Source: Selaginella moellendorffii (taxonomy: Eukaryota > Plantae > Lycopodiophyta). Taken from it: a DNA stretch of 64,000 nt. The notes under the pieces were generated by a model. It was not told the origin of the DNA. It saw only the letters and a list, made by a program, of their open reading frames with translations, and did not search any database. This document shows positions 46,861-60,257 of the stretch, one piece after another; the stretch's first letter is position 1; each line of letters starts with the position of its first letter. The stretch lies in contig NW_003314282.1 of the NCBI RefSeq assembly GCF_000143415.4, forward strand, positions 1,135,374 to 1,199,373, in the 5' to 3' direction. The position numbers and the translations under genes were made by a program.

Positions 46861-48149
46861 TCAAACTGTGGTCCCTCCCGTCCGTCACCGCCTGGGTGGT
46901 GTTCTCCGGCAAACGCAACGGATGCCCAGCGTTTACATTCTCCTTTAAGTTTTTCTTTTTTTTTTGCAAAAGGTGGCGTTGACTTTGATGGTTGACAATG
47001 TGATTTCCTGAAACGATTTTTCTGATTTAAAGCTGCAACCTTGGCTCCCAAGCATCAGGCGTTTTTTGTGACCAAAACAATCACTGCTTTGTTGCTGGCT
47101 GCAAGAGATTGGGGCAAATGGATTTACTTATTGGATCCATCCAGCTTTCAACTACAGATCGACTCTTCTCATTCTTAAGCTCCAAGTTGTTGAATGAATC
47201 CGGGTGGCCAAAGGCCAAAGGTGGTGGTACAAAAGATTATTATCATCACCCCAAGCTTTTCAAAAAGAGAGTCCTCATCATTCAAGCGATGCCGAGTAAA
47301 GATTCCGGGGCGACATATGGCGAGAGTTTCCTTGCTGATGCTTACTTCTTTTTCTCCCAATAGTAATTTCATTCAAAACTATATATCAAAGTTGCCCGGT
47401 TTCGCCATCTTGACTATAAAACGTGTCAACTTATGCCCACAAAACTATAGAGTTGGATTAACTTGTCTTGGGATTTCTTCCTATGCGATGCGGGGACATG
47501 ATAGCTTCTATAATAATTGGCATGGAAGCATCAAAAGCAGTCGAGAGAGAGGTCCATCCATCAATTCGATTCATGGATGCCATATAAATCAATCCTATAG
47601 GATCATAGTCCTCGCCGGGCGGAAAGAGATCCATGTACGAGATGATCCTATTCTCTTCACCCCCTAAACCACCAACATGGAGAATACTAAATCTCCATGA
47701 GGTTATTTCCATTTCATACTTTTGGCCTTCATTTCCCCTTTAAAAACACATTGCTTGATGCGAAGAGGATTGATTAGACAAGTTTCCGTGTGTGTGTGTG
47801 TGGACCCAATGCTGCATCCCAAAAAATGCATACACAAACAATGCAATGTTTAAGTAACATGGTAGCTATCGAAGAAAAAAATCTTCTTCTTTAGAAAAAG
47901 TGGGAGAATTCGATAGAACTTGATGGAAAAACTGGCTGTAATGAAGGGTGGCACAAGGATTTGTATGAGGCACAAAGAGCCAACCACAAAACTATATGAA
48001 AAAACCGCCAGATTCTTGTCCCAGTCGCGTATAGATTTCGCTTCCAAAATCAAATGCCAAAGAAAGGAGGGAGAGCGAAAGGAATAAAATAACGCGGGGG
48101 TCCGGCGGGGGTTCGATACCGGCCAGGGCCATGAGGATGCTGCCCGCGG

Positions 48150-48362
48150 GCACCATCACGCGTGGCCCCTCGAAAACGCGGACAGCTGCACGCGTGGCAT
48201 GGCCATGGCGGACGGGCAGCTGCCCGTGACGACCACCGCGAAATGCGGGAGGGGGGCTGACGTCATCCTGCCCGTTACTGGATCCAACGGCTATGATGCG
48301 GACACGTGGCATGGGCATCCATGACCCATTCATGCTGGGATAACTATAACTACATATATATA
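48150..48362 (+). promoter_or_regulatory. Proximal promoter of the bHLH gene: CE3-like CACGCGTGGC x2, ABRE GACACGTGGC, TATA
   Basis: Motifs at about 48157, 48189, 48301; TATATATA at about 48354. Confidence 0.5.
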
Positions 48363-48830
48363 CTCATTGGCCTGGGTTGACTCCTCTTCTTCTTTGTTTT
48401 GTTGCTCGGGAGAGAGCTTGTTCGTCTCGCTCCAAAGATTGCCCCGGTCAAAGCCCAGAATTTTATTTGGATTTGTGGAGCGCAGGGATCGCTCGCTGGA
48501 TCCAGTTTGGCAATCGCATTTTACAAATTCTCACTCTTCTTCTTCCAGCGCTAATGAAGAATCTCCTGTGTTGTCGTTACTAAACGCGCCAGGGAGGAAT
48601 TCCCGTTCGATCTCCACGCTATATATTCTAACAATTCTCCTTGGTGGGAGACGTTTGGAGATCTTCCTCTTGTCAAGACCCGTGGCCCCGGCTCGCCACA
48701 AAGAAAAATTGTTTTCTTCTTTCTTTCTTAGGAGGAGGGGAAGGGTTGATGCAGTCGATAGCAAGACTTATAACTCTCCTCTTTCTTCTCCGGAGTAGTG
48801 TTTCTCGAGAGATCTCGCGCCGCCGCCTCG

Positions 48831-51800
48831 ATGTTGCATCACGCAGATAGCCGGCTGCTGAATGCGTTCCCGTTTTCAGGAGCAGAATCAGCAATTGCGG
48901 CCGTCAATCTGTCTCAGCTGCTGCTCTCGTCCACCACATCTGCATCCAACAATCCACAGCAGAAATCAGCAGCAACAGCTTGCGCTAGCGTCGCTCACAG
49001 CCCTCTCAATTCCGAAGGCTCCTCGACGAACAGCACCACCACCACCACCACCAATCTTGAATGTTCCACATCCATACAAGCTCCACCACCGCAAGCCATC
49101 CATTCCTCGGTGTAAGTTCTTGAAGCACTATACCGCACAGTGTTCCATAGTCTTATCCGATTGCCGTGTGAGAGAATTCTTACTGATCGTGTGCTCTCTT
49201 CTTGCAGCTGGTCCGAGTTCTTGAATGGTGCTGCTTCTAATTCCTTCATGGGTGACAACTTAGAGAACGCGCTTCCAACTTCGTCCAGTTTGAGCTCCAC
49301 CGCGCCGCCGGTGACGAGCAGCGGCACGGCAGTCTCATCATGGTGGAGCGGGCGAGATCAGGATGATCAGCTCCCAGCCGTGAACTGGAACCAGACCGCT
49401 GGATCCACCCAAGGCTTGCCCGATCTCGAAGGTGGAGACTGGTCCCCGGGACAATTGGGTTGCCTCCCCACGGCTCCAGAAGTGAACGAGCAGCTCCCCA
49501 GCCACCATATGGCGATCGAGCACAGCGATTTCACCTCCACAATGAACACCACCCTGGTGGATCCCGATCAGATTTCCGGCAATCCGGCTTCATGGGGCTC
49601 CATTCTCATGTACGAAACTTCTCGCTATTTCTTTCTTACGTTAGCTATGCCGTGATTTGCGGACGTATCGCGGGGAACTAAATTCTCTTTGTTTGTGTCT
49701 GCACAGAGGGAGCTCCGGGAATGAGGAAGCTAGCCTTGACAACGAGGCCTTCTTCTCCAGCATGAAGCTCTTGAACAAGGCCGTGTCAGAGCCGTGGCCC
49801 GAGTTTAATCCTCTCAAGAGCTCGGCCGCTGCTTCTGGATTCGAAAGCATCGACGACATGATGATCAAGCAGCAGCAGCAGCAATTCTCGCTGCCGGGCC
49901 ATCACTTAAACATGGATTCGAGCACCAACTGGTCATCGAGAGCAGCAGCAGTTACCAGCAGCCTGGACGTTTTTGGAGGCTCTCAACTCATTGGAGGCAG
50001 GAGCAAGATCAAGCAAGAGATGGATGCACAGTTCCTCATCACCCAACAGCAGCAGCAGCAGCAGCACTCGATGCTTCCGCCACCACCGACGATTCCAAAT
50101 CCAAACAACGTCATGATGAGCAGCGAGGTGCCCAGCCCTAGCAGATGGGGAGCTCACTCTAGCAGATTACCAGCCATGCTCTCGCAAGTTCTTCCCTCAA
50201 CTTCGAAGCGTGGTGGAAACCTGTTTGGATCCGGTTCGAGGTCTTTTGGAAACTATGTGAGCCCGAAAGCCGAGCCAGCTTTGTACTCGAGCAGCAAAGG
50301 CCAGCAGCAGCAGAGAGAACAAAGCTGCTCCATGTCCCAGCACAGCTCGGGAATCACCTCACAACATTCGCATGACAGCAAAGATTCTCATGCCAGCAAA
50401 CACTTGGTAAGCCACCACACAAAACTTTAGACACTTATCTTCTTTTTTCTTCTCTTCTTGTCAAGGCTTGTTGTTTTTCTTGCTCTTGTTCTTGGAACTT
50501 CTATCACTGCACTGCAAGGATCATTTCTCAAAAGGAGAGGAGTAAAAGAAGAGAATCATAGATATGATCATGCATGAACTTTAATTTTCTTTTTCCTTTC
50601 CTTGCTGCTTGTCTGTGTGTTCAAGCGGAACTCGAGTAGTGCAACTTTACCTAGCTGGATGATCTCTTTGCTAAGTTGCTGTTGTTCATTTTCTACATGA
50701 TATAGATGGATGAAAGCCGAGAGGTTTTGTCGTCCGAGCCTGTTTCAAAGCGAGGATCAAACAGCAGCAGCGATCATCCAGAGACATTCTTCAAGAGGCC
50801 AAGGATAGAGCAACAGCAGCAGCAGCAGGCAGCTCCAACTTTACCTTTCAAGGTGAATTTCTTTCCTTCTCTCTGTTCTTTGCTAGTACTGCTTTTCTCT
50901 TTCATAATCTTCTCCTTTGTTTTTCTTTTTTAAGTTGCTACCTTTTGTTTTTCCACAAAAGAAACCTTGTGAACTGAGAGTTTGATGAACAGGCCACCAC
51001 ATTCGTTTTGCAGGTGCGGAAGGAGAAACTGGGTGAACGGATCACAGCACTCCAGCAGCTAGTGGCTCCATTTGGAAAGGTGTGATAAAAACTCCCTCGA
51101 AATTCTTTACTTGGCTGTGGAATTTTTTCGCTGGATTCAAGGCTGATGGGTGTTCTCTCTCAGACTGACACTGCTTCTGTCCTTCTGGAGGCCATAGGCT
51201 ACATTAAGTTCCTGCACGACCAAGTCCAGGTAATGTCCCAGATTACTTTAAACACATCCCCAAGTGAAGGAGCTTACCTCCGGGATCATTGCATATCACA
51301 GCTATTTGTTTCTGTGGGTTTGATCATTGTATCACGTGTGTCTGTGTGTCTTACTGCCTGTTTATACATCTTCCATCTCCTGGCACCGTGTTACTGCTTG
51401 TTTGTCTTACTGCTTGAGAGACAAACAAGCAATCACAAAAGAAAGAAAAAAGTATAGAAAAGAGAGGAAAAGAATGCTTAAATCTGCTTGCTGGGCTGCC
51501 TGTGAATGATCCAGACGTCTGCCTGTGTGAGGCTGCATCGAATCAAGCAGCCCAAGCTTTGGTGGATGGGATGATTGCATTCTCTTGCTGCTCCCAAGCT
51601 CTGGAAACTGGGCCTGACCGTACAACTGTTTTGTTCACATGCTGCCAGGTTCTAAGCACACCGTACATGAAGAACGCAGTTGCAGGCGCTGGAGTCCCGG
51701 GGAGGCCCAATGTAAGTGATTGATCAGCCCTCGTCGCTCTCGTACTCTTTTCTCTTTCGCAGCTTTATCTCGCTCCCGCTCTCTCTCTCTCTTTTATTCT

Positions 51801-52375
51801 CTCTTCTCGTTATCAAAAGATAAAGTTTACAAACGCTATAGATTGCCAAACTACTCTAATTCTCCGCTGCAAGAATTCTCTTCTTACTTCTCGTCCCTTC
51901 TGTCTCGCTACTGCAAGCTGTGTGTTAGAATCATGGCAGCATCTTTCCTGTCTCGATTGCTTGGCAGCGGTCAGTAGCGGCATGGGTTTTCTAAAGCATT
52001 TAGAAAGATGCTTTTGTCAAGTTGATCAATGCATATAGATCAATTCCTGGTTGATCGATACGGGATAGAATTTCCAATATATACTAATTAATGTGTGGCT
52101 TTCACCACAACTTGCAGGTGGTGGAGGGTGCGATGAAAGGATCGTCCTCGTCTTGGGCGATGAGTTCTTCCGATGCATCGAACAAATCCAGAGACAACGA
52201 CGAGCCAAGGCAGGATTTGAGGAGCCGAGGGCTTTGCCTGGTTCCAATCTCCTGCACACTCCAGGTTGCCAATGACAATGGTGCCGATTTTTGGACTCCG
52301 AACATTGGGGGAGGAGGTGGCGGTGGTGGCGTTGCTGGTGGTGGTGCCGCTGGAGGTGGCGGCTCCGCCAAATGA
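48831..52375 (+). CDS. bHLH transcription factor, subfamily X-like (bHLH110/112/68 type)
   Basis: [54 protein letters not shown] and [20 protein letters not shown]; poly-Q N-terminus; start approximate. Confidence 0.92.
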
Positions 52376-53142
52376 ATGGGATCAATCCATCATAGATCTT
52401 TCAGCGACGTTAACGCGCACGTCAACTCTCCAAGTACGTATATAGATTATGTACGTTAGATCAAGACTTCGAGCATTTGATCATTCGATTTAGCTATGTC
52501 TACGCCCAACGTTCTCTATTCTACTACTGCACTACGTACAGCCGCTTGCGAGAAGATCATCCAAGACACACAAGCTCACATTGGTGATCGACCGCTTCAT
52601 ATGTGAGTGACCGTATAATTATAAATATTGTAGATAGCCATCTAACAACATTTTCGTTGGACACTCTAACTTGATTATTTCGCTAATTACCAAATTAATA
52701 AAAGGTTCGCCACCAACCATGTATCTAAGAGAAAGAGTTTTAACAATTCTCACTCAAGTTCTCCCATTCAAGCACAGTAAAATAGAAAAAATTCCATTAG
52801 TAAATTCCTGATCTTTATCCTTTGAGGAACTACAATAGTATAATGGAGCGTGTGATAACGAAACAAGGCCAAGAAATATCAAACGATTCCCTGCAAGCCA
52901 CAGCAAAGAAAGCGAATATGCTGGGCACTTGACATGTGCAGATGCTATCATGAGCGCACGCGGGCTGTACGGACTGCCCGCCCGTACCAACGGTACCAAA
53001 ATACGGAATATTCTAACGAACGTTCTAGACGCCAACGTGGAATGACCTAGAAGCTTTCAAGCGCGTGAGATTAGGGTTTAAGGCGAAGAACGAAGAGGAG
53101 AGGAAGCGTTGCGCGCCGGCGATTCACGCGGGGTGCTTTGGA

Positions 53143-54212
53143 ATGGCTGCCGACGGCGAGGTATGTCGATTCCGCGAGCGATCGATCGAGGATTTTCTTG
53201 CGCTGATCGCCGAAATCTTGCGTTGTAGGCCTCGCATTCCGTGGTTCTCTACGTCTACGACCTGAGCCAGGGCCTGGCGCGGCAGCTCTCGACTTCGCTG
53301 CTCGGGGCAGCGATCGAGGGCATCTGGTATGTCACGGGCAAATTTCCCTCTTTAGCTCAAAGATCCCCAGTAACTTCCAAGCTTATAGTTCCAAGTTTTT
53401 CTTCACAGGCACACTTCGGTGGTGGTCTATGGCACCGAGTACTACTACAGCGGTGGAATCACGACCAGCAATCCGGGGCGCACGCCCTACGGCCGTCCCG
53501 TGAACACGGTCGAGCTTGGAAGAACTCAAGTGCCAAAGGAGGTGTTTGCGGATTACCTCAGGGAGATCAGTCCCCGCTACACGGTCCAGACTTACAGCAT
53601 CCTGTCGCACAACTGCAACAACTTTAGCAACGAGGTGGCGCAGTTTTTGCTCGGAGTGGACATCCCGGACTACATTTTGCGGCTGCCTCAAGACGTGATC
53701 ACCACTCCCATGGGATACTTGCTCCGTGAGTGCCAATTTTTTTTTTGCTTTTGTGGATCTTTTTCTTCACTGACTGTTTGATTCTCTCAGAGCCGATGAT
53801 CCAGCAAATGGAGACCACCCTGAGATATGGAGGAGTCCCGCAAGTGCCTGAACTAGCAGAGGCGACGGGGACGCCACAGCGTGTAGCGATGGCCAGACGT
53901 GCCAAGGAAGAGTGCCTCACCACCACCATACCCGAAGACGAGGATCTAGAGCTCCAGAGGATGCGCTCTTCGCGAGCAGTCAAGACGGCTAAGGTGGCTT
54001 CTCGCGGCGATGAGGGAGGAGCTGGACGGAAGAAAGCCGCCGCCACCAAGATGGAGGACGCGAGAGCCAAAGTCCAGGAGGAGATCACTCGCGAGTTTAC
54101 TGCGCTCATGGCCGCGGGAGGGCTGCGAGCCAGCGAGGCGGCGGCTCTTGCCGCGCGGAGAGTGATGGAAAGGCACGGCATTGGTGGCAGTGGCACGGCG
54201 ACGCAGTCGTGA
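53143..54212 (+). CDS. DeSI-like PPPDE thiol peptidase (desumoylating isopeptidase 1-like)
   Basis: VVLYVYDLSQGLA, GIWHTSVVVYG, YSILSHNCNNFS. Confidence 0.92.
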
Positions 54213-54608
54213 TAGATACGACGTACGAGAAATTCTTTTGGGTGTGAGCGATTCTTCTACACCCCCATTGATCACACAGTTCCTTGATCGATAACAACGA
54301 CGATGATATGTTTCAATCAATATTGGGTTTTGCCGTGATTGTGGATGTAGTTTGAAACACGTGTTAAAGACTGGATCTCTGGATCGTATAGTCGACTTTG
54401 AATCTGATTTTTCCCATCGGACAAGGGAAAAATCAAAGTTGCAAAGTAAAGTTGCTATCATACAGGGTTATCACTCCATTAACTTTGTAAGCAGGTGTCA
54501 AGCAAGCGTAGTTCATACGTTCTTGCTCTGGAACTTCAGCTATTTGAGAGGTCTAGCTGAAAGAATTGAGCGGTTTGTGATATCTTCTTGCTCTTTAGGT
54601 CCAAGGAA

Positions 54609-57600
54609 ATGTGGTCGACAGATTATCTCCTTCTCCTTCTCACAGTTGGCTTCCTCGCAAAGATTTACGTCTCAGCCCAACCAGGTCAGTAGTATTGCAT
54701 AAGGGTCAATCTGAAGATTGTTTTTGCAGGATTTCTGAGCCTTGACTGTGGAGCTTATGACACTCACAGGGATGAATATGGTATCGAATGGACGCCGGAT
54801 GACAAGTATATCACCACTGGAATTAAAGCCTCCATTTCAAGTTCGGAAAAAAATGGGACAGGTTTAGCTTCGCAGCGTCTTCGCTTCTTCAACGACACCT
54901 CTCGGAAGCACTGCTATGCTCTGCCAGTGGTGGTAAACGATAGCTACATCGTGAGGCCATGGTTCTACTACGGAAACTATGATGGGATGGAATCAGCTTA
55001 CACAGAGTTCAACATCATAATTGATGCAAACGATGTGGCAAACTTCAGCATGGATTTAACCAAAAGAATAGCTTACTATCACGAGTTTGTGATTAAAGCC
55101 AAAAGCTCGACCCTGGATCTATGCTTTGGAACCGGCTCAAATTCACCGGCAAATATCCCCTTCATCTCCGCAATCGAGCTCAGAAGGCTGGATCCCGGTA
55201 TGAGAATAAGTTCTTTCAATTCTAGTGAGCTTTTGATCACTTGGAGAAGGATCAATTTTGGAGCAGCTATAAATAATCCCATTTGGTAAGAAATTCTTCA
55301 GAAGGTAAAAGTTCTTTTTGACTCGTATCAAACAGGTACCCTTCTGATGACTATGATCGATTATGGTTAGCTGATAAAAATTTCCCAGACATCATGGGAG
55401 GATACCAACAGATTAATACTACCTCAAATGTTTCGGTGGGAAAAACATTTGACAAGCCTCCCACAGCCGTGATGAGTTCCGCCATCACCTCCCATTCCAC
55501 GATGGTTTTCCAGTTCCCACAGCTTCCCACAACGCCGACTGAATTCTACGTTAGCTTTTACTTTGCTGAGTTTGCCGCCCTGGTGAACAACACGAGGGAG
55601 TTCCAAGTCCGTTTTAACACAAGCTTGCTTGAATCTCCCCAGCTTTTGGCAACCATCAACGTTGAGAAGTCTGTACAGGCTCCTCTAACGTCATTGCAGA
55701 TGTATTACAACTCTCGAGTGGAACTTTCTGAACCAACAAACTTCTTGTTTGTGCCCACGGTGAACTCTACGCTTGGTCCGATTCTCAATGCTGCTGAGCT
55801 GTGGGAGTACAAAGGAGGTCTCCTCCCAGGGACGGAAACCAACGATGGTAAAGCATATAAATTTAAATAATTGTGATCTCGTTAACATTGTCATAAACAA
55901 TGCAGTGGCAGCTGTACTTGATGTGATGAAAGATTTTCACATGACTGAATGGTCAGGAGACCCTTGCTTGCCTGATGCTTACACTTGGAAATGGATTACT
56001 TGCGATGTAGCTCAAATCCCAGCAAGAATTATAGAGCTGTAATAAGTGGACGCATTTCTAGCGTGATCACATTAACATCTGTGCATGACAGGAACTTGTC
56101 TAGCAGTGGACTCAAAGGAACCATATCACTGTCCATCACAAAGCTATCGCATCTAACAAAAATGTATGTATGGGTCTTTTGACGTAATTTTTCGTTCTTC
56201 TGATCTTTATGTCTTCAGCTATCTGGATAATAACGCATTGACAGGGCATGTTCCAGATTTTAGCTCCTTGAAAAACCTCACGGTTTTGTGAGTACCACCA
56301 TTCAGTATGCTAGATGATAGAATTTTACTAATTCTTTTGCAGGTCATTAGAAAACAACAGTTTGGATTGCCTACCACCAGAACATGTACACTTCTCTTAC
56401 AAGTCAGTTTTTCTCTATTGCCATTGAATTGTTTATCACCTATATGTTTTTTCAGCGCTACTTTTAGCTTGTGTGAGAAGAAACATACAACACTTATATT
56501 TGAAGTAGTGGTACCATGTGCAGCCATATTGTTACTTGGAGCTGGACTTGTGGTTTGTTTCTTCTCCCGTAGAAAAACTTCGAAATCCATCACAGTACAG
56601 AACAGGAATCCAAGTAAGTTCCAAAAGGTGGCCTTGTGGGTAATTCATTTTTCTAATGGCATATTGTTCCATCCAGGCTTGTCTCTAAAATCTCCAAACT
56701 CTAGCACTAAAATGATTGCTTACAAGGATGTGATTGAGGCCACAAGCAACTTCAAGAGAGTCATTGGTGAAGGAAGTTTTGGACCCGTGTACTATGGCTG
56801 CCTTCCAAATGGTGTTGAAGTTGCAGTCAAGGTTTTATCCAGTAACTCAAAGCAAGGATATCAAGAATTTCAAACTGAGGTGAGTTTGATCATCAACAGG
56901 TACAAATCTATCTAATTTTCCTTGATAGATTGATATTTTATCAGTTGTACACCACAAGAACTTAGTGCCCTTTCTTGGTTACTGTACTCAAAAGTCCAAG
57001 CTCATACTGGTCTACGAGTTCTTGTCAAATGGAACGTTGAGGGAGCACTTGTATGGTGGTAAGAATTTTTTGTGTTGAAACGTCCTCCTTTAATGTAATG
57101 TCAGAAGGTAAAAGATATCCAACTCTAAGCTGGAAAACTCGGCTTGGAATAGCTCTAGATGCTGCTCAAGGTAAGCTAAATCTCTGAATTGATATGATAT
57201 AACTCTCTCTCATAGGATTGGAGTATTTGCACACATCTTGCAATCTACACATAATCCATCGAGACGTCAAAACAAGCAATATACTTTTAAGTTTTGATAT
57301 GGTTGCAAAAGTCAGTGACTTCGGTCTCTCCAAGTTTTATGACAGTAACAAAGCATCTCATGTCTCAACTGGCATCAAAGGAACTCCAGGATATCTTGAT
57401 CCAGAGTGAGCAAAAGTTTTTTTTCTCAATAAGCATGATATTTTACTGAATTTAATGGTTTTACAGGTCACAGAGAAATCAGACGTATACAGCTTTGGAG
57501 TGGTACTATTTGAGATTGTTTGCGGACGTGAGCCCCTCAATTTCACACTCCTTGAGGAACAAATTGTTCTTTCGGAATGGGTAAACGATTAAGAGAGCTA

Positions 57601-57879
57601 AGTTATAAACATCTGTTCTTGATGAGCTTTGCTTCCTCCCAGGCATGCAAGGAACTTGAGAAAGGCAACCTACGAACAGTAGTCGATCCCAAGTTATCCG
57701 ACTATGGAGAGAAAGCAGCACTGAAGGTTTTGGAGGTGGCAAGAAAATGTGTGGAACGTTCTCCCCACGGGAGGCCTAACATGAGCACTGTCGTGATCCA
57801 GCTGAGAGAGGCCATCCAACTCGAGGAGGACGGAAGTTCACTGCCAAAATCCATGGAAATATTCACTGGAGGAAGATAG
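54609..57879 (+). pseudogene. Malectin-like LRR receptor kinase (LRR-I), copy 1; 19-nt deletion frameshifts the kinase after subdomain VIII
   Basis: [63 protein letters not shown]; lacks taccattcctatagcaggc present in copy 2. Confidence 0.75.
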
Positions 57880-58344
57880 ATATGCAAATATACTTAAATT
57901 CTATAAGATTGTGGCTATGGCATTTTTAACTACATATAATAATAATAATAATACTTTTACTTTAATGTTTTAAAAGTTGCGACTGAGTGACGAAAGAGAA
58001 GGGATATTGGAGTCAATTCGTTCTTATCAAATGCGGGTTGCTCTTCTCAGGAAGAGAATACTACACCGGTAAGTGCTAGTGCTTTGTATCCTTGGTAGAA
58101 AGAGGCCGCTGGACACTATCTTTCTTGAGCGCAATGAATTTCTGTTCAGTGTTTGTGCCCACAAGATCCACGATCACCAAATTTCCGAAGTGTCAACCCG
58201 TCTATGAAGCGAATCGAATCCTTGGCACCGCTGATCCCATCCTGGTGGCTCTGCGATGGCTGTTCCTGCTGCTGGATGCTGGAGGACAAGTCAGCCTCGC
58301 CGATCTCAAGAGCGCCAAGGAACCTGTACGAGATGCTGGGCTTG

Positions 58345-59452
58345 AACGCCAGGAAGAACCGGGTGACGGTGGCGGGCTGGATGACGGCCGTGTCCTTCCA
58401 CCCGACTTGATCCACGTCGGCTCCCTGTGCCTCGCCCGTGTAGCAGCTCCTCGAGTCCGGGTAGTCGTACTCGAACGAGCACGACCCGGCAGCGAATCGC
58501 CCGGTGTCGAATCCCTGCTGCTCGAGCACGAGAAAGTTGATGAGATGGATGTGGATCGGATGGGATGCTGTCATGGTGTTGATCATGCACCACACCTCGT
58601 TCGTGTAGAGCAGGACTTGCTCGGTGGCCGGACGCGTGAAAGAGAACCTGTCCTGGAGGAAGAGTCCCGTGAGCGTGTTTCCAGAGTCGTGAACGAAAGG
58701 CCGGTTGTAAGTTGACGCCCAGTCGACGTACGAGAGATCTACTCCGGCCGTGGCTTTGATGATCGATAGCGTCGGCAACTCGGCCAGCTCGCTTGGAGTG
58801 AGTGCTTGCGGGATCTCATTGGCGTCTTCGTCGACGGTAGCGTTGGTCTGCCAGTTGATTACGTTGAACAGGAGAACTTCTTGCTCGGTGACGCTTCCAC
58901 TCGGGAATGGAGCCGACGGGTTGTTGTACAAGAGAACTCTCTCCCCGGGCTTCACTCCGCGAAAGTCGATAAGAATGTCGACTCGTTCGGAAGGAGAGAG
59001 GCTGAGCTTCTTCTGCCGTATCGGAGTCGCCAGGTATCCCCCGTCCGTGGCAATCTTGATGAAGCTCAAGCTCGTGTCGTTCAAGGTGAGGATGAAGAAT
59101 CTCGAGTTTGCCGCAAGCAGCACCCGGAACCTCACCACCACCGGCCAGACTTCGATGTAAGGCCACACCTTCCCGTTCACCAGAATGGTATCACCAAAGT
59201 AGTCCGCACACCACTGCGGATGAACTGCCGGATTGCTGGGATAGTTTATGGAGCCATCGCTGAAGAACTGCTTGTCTTGGATCACCAGAAGTAAGTAGTT
59301 TCTCGGGACCCAGGATGGATCTTCCCAGGGCGACTCTATCACGTAAAGTCCGACCAAGCCAGCAGCCATATTGAGCCGGGTCATGCCGTAAGTGTGGTCG
59401 TGATACCACAGGAGCAAGTGGCGCTGAAAGTTGGGATAGACGTAGTTTTGCG
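58345..59452 (-). pseudogene. Multicopper oxidase (LPR1/CotA-like), middle and C-terminal part, lacking the HCHxxxHED motif
   Basis: LLWYHDHTYGMTRLNMAAGLVG, FGDTILVNGKVWPY, ATDGGYL, HPIHIHL, GWKDT; then unrelated sequence. Confidence 0.85.
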
Positions 59453-59471
59453 CAGGTTGGAGGAGTGCCCA

Positions 59472-60006
59472 ATGTCTTGGAAGTTCGTAACGCTGTTCAT
59501 CCTCGAGATTTTAGTCGCAGTAGAAGCGGATGAGGTCTGTCTGCAACTGTCACCGTCCCCGGAGCTGGAAAAGTTCGTCGACGTTCTTCCAACGCCACCG
59601 AAGATATACTTGACCCCACGCTACAGAGTTACCATTGGAGCTTACAAAATCACCCAGGTCCACTTGATTTCCAGACTCTTCCAAGACTCGTTTTTTTTTG
59701 TTGACGCAGAAACTGCACAGAGACTTGCCACCAACAACACTGTATGCATTCGGCACGAGCGAGTATACAGCTTCATATCCGGGTCCAACTTTGATAGCCC
59801 AAAAGAGACAAACATCCTTTGTCCGATGGGAAAATCACATTCCAGATCGTGAACACTCTCTTCCAGTCGACTATACGATCCTAGGGGCGGTACGGCTACA
59901 TTCCCGTGGTCCCTCATCTCCATGGACAAGAGGGCTCGAGATGGTCCGACGGGCATCCAGAAGCCTGGTTTACATCAGTTGGCGAGCGGGGCCCGGGTTA
60001 CGTAAC
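59472..60006 (+). pseudogene. Multicopper oxidase (LPR1/CotA-like), N-terminal part, inverted and frameshifted
   Basis: Signal peptide, LEKFVDVLP, KLHRDLPPT, YPGPT, WENH; after a frameshift VVPHLHG..SDGHPEAWFT. Confidence 0.85.
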
Positions 60007-60257
60007 AACACTTGGATCGTATAGTCGACTTTGAATCTGATTTTTCCTATCGGACAAAGTTGCGAAGTAAAGTTGCTATCAAACTTTCAATCGTACAGGG
60101 TTATAACTCCAGCATTAACTCTGTAAGCAGCTGACAAGGTAGCGTAGTTCATACGTTCTTGCTCTGGAACTTCAGCTCTTTGAGAGGTCTAGCTGAAAGA
60201 ATTGAGAGCTCTGGTTTGTGCTATCTTCTTACTCTTTTCGAAAATAGGTCCAGGGAA

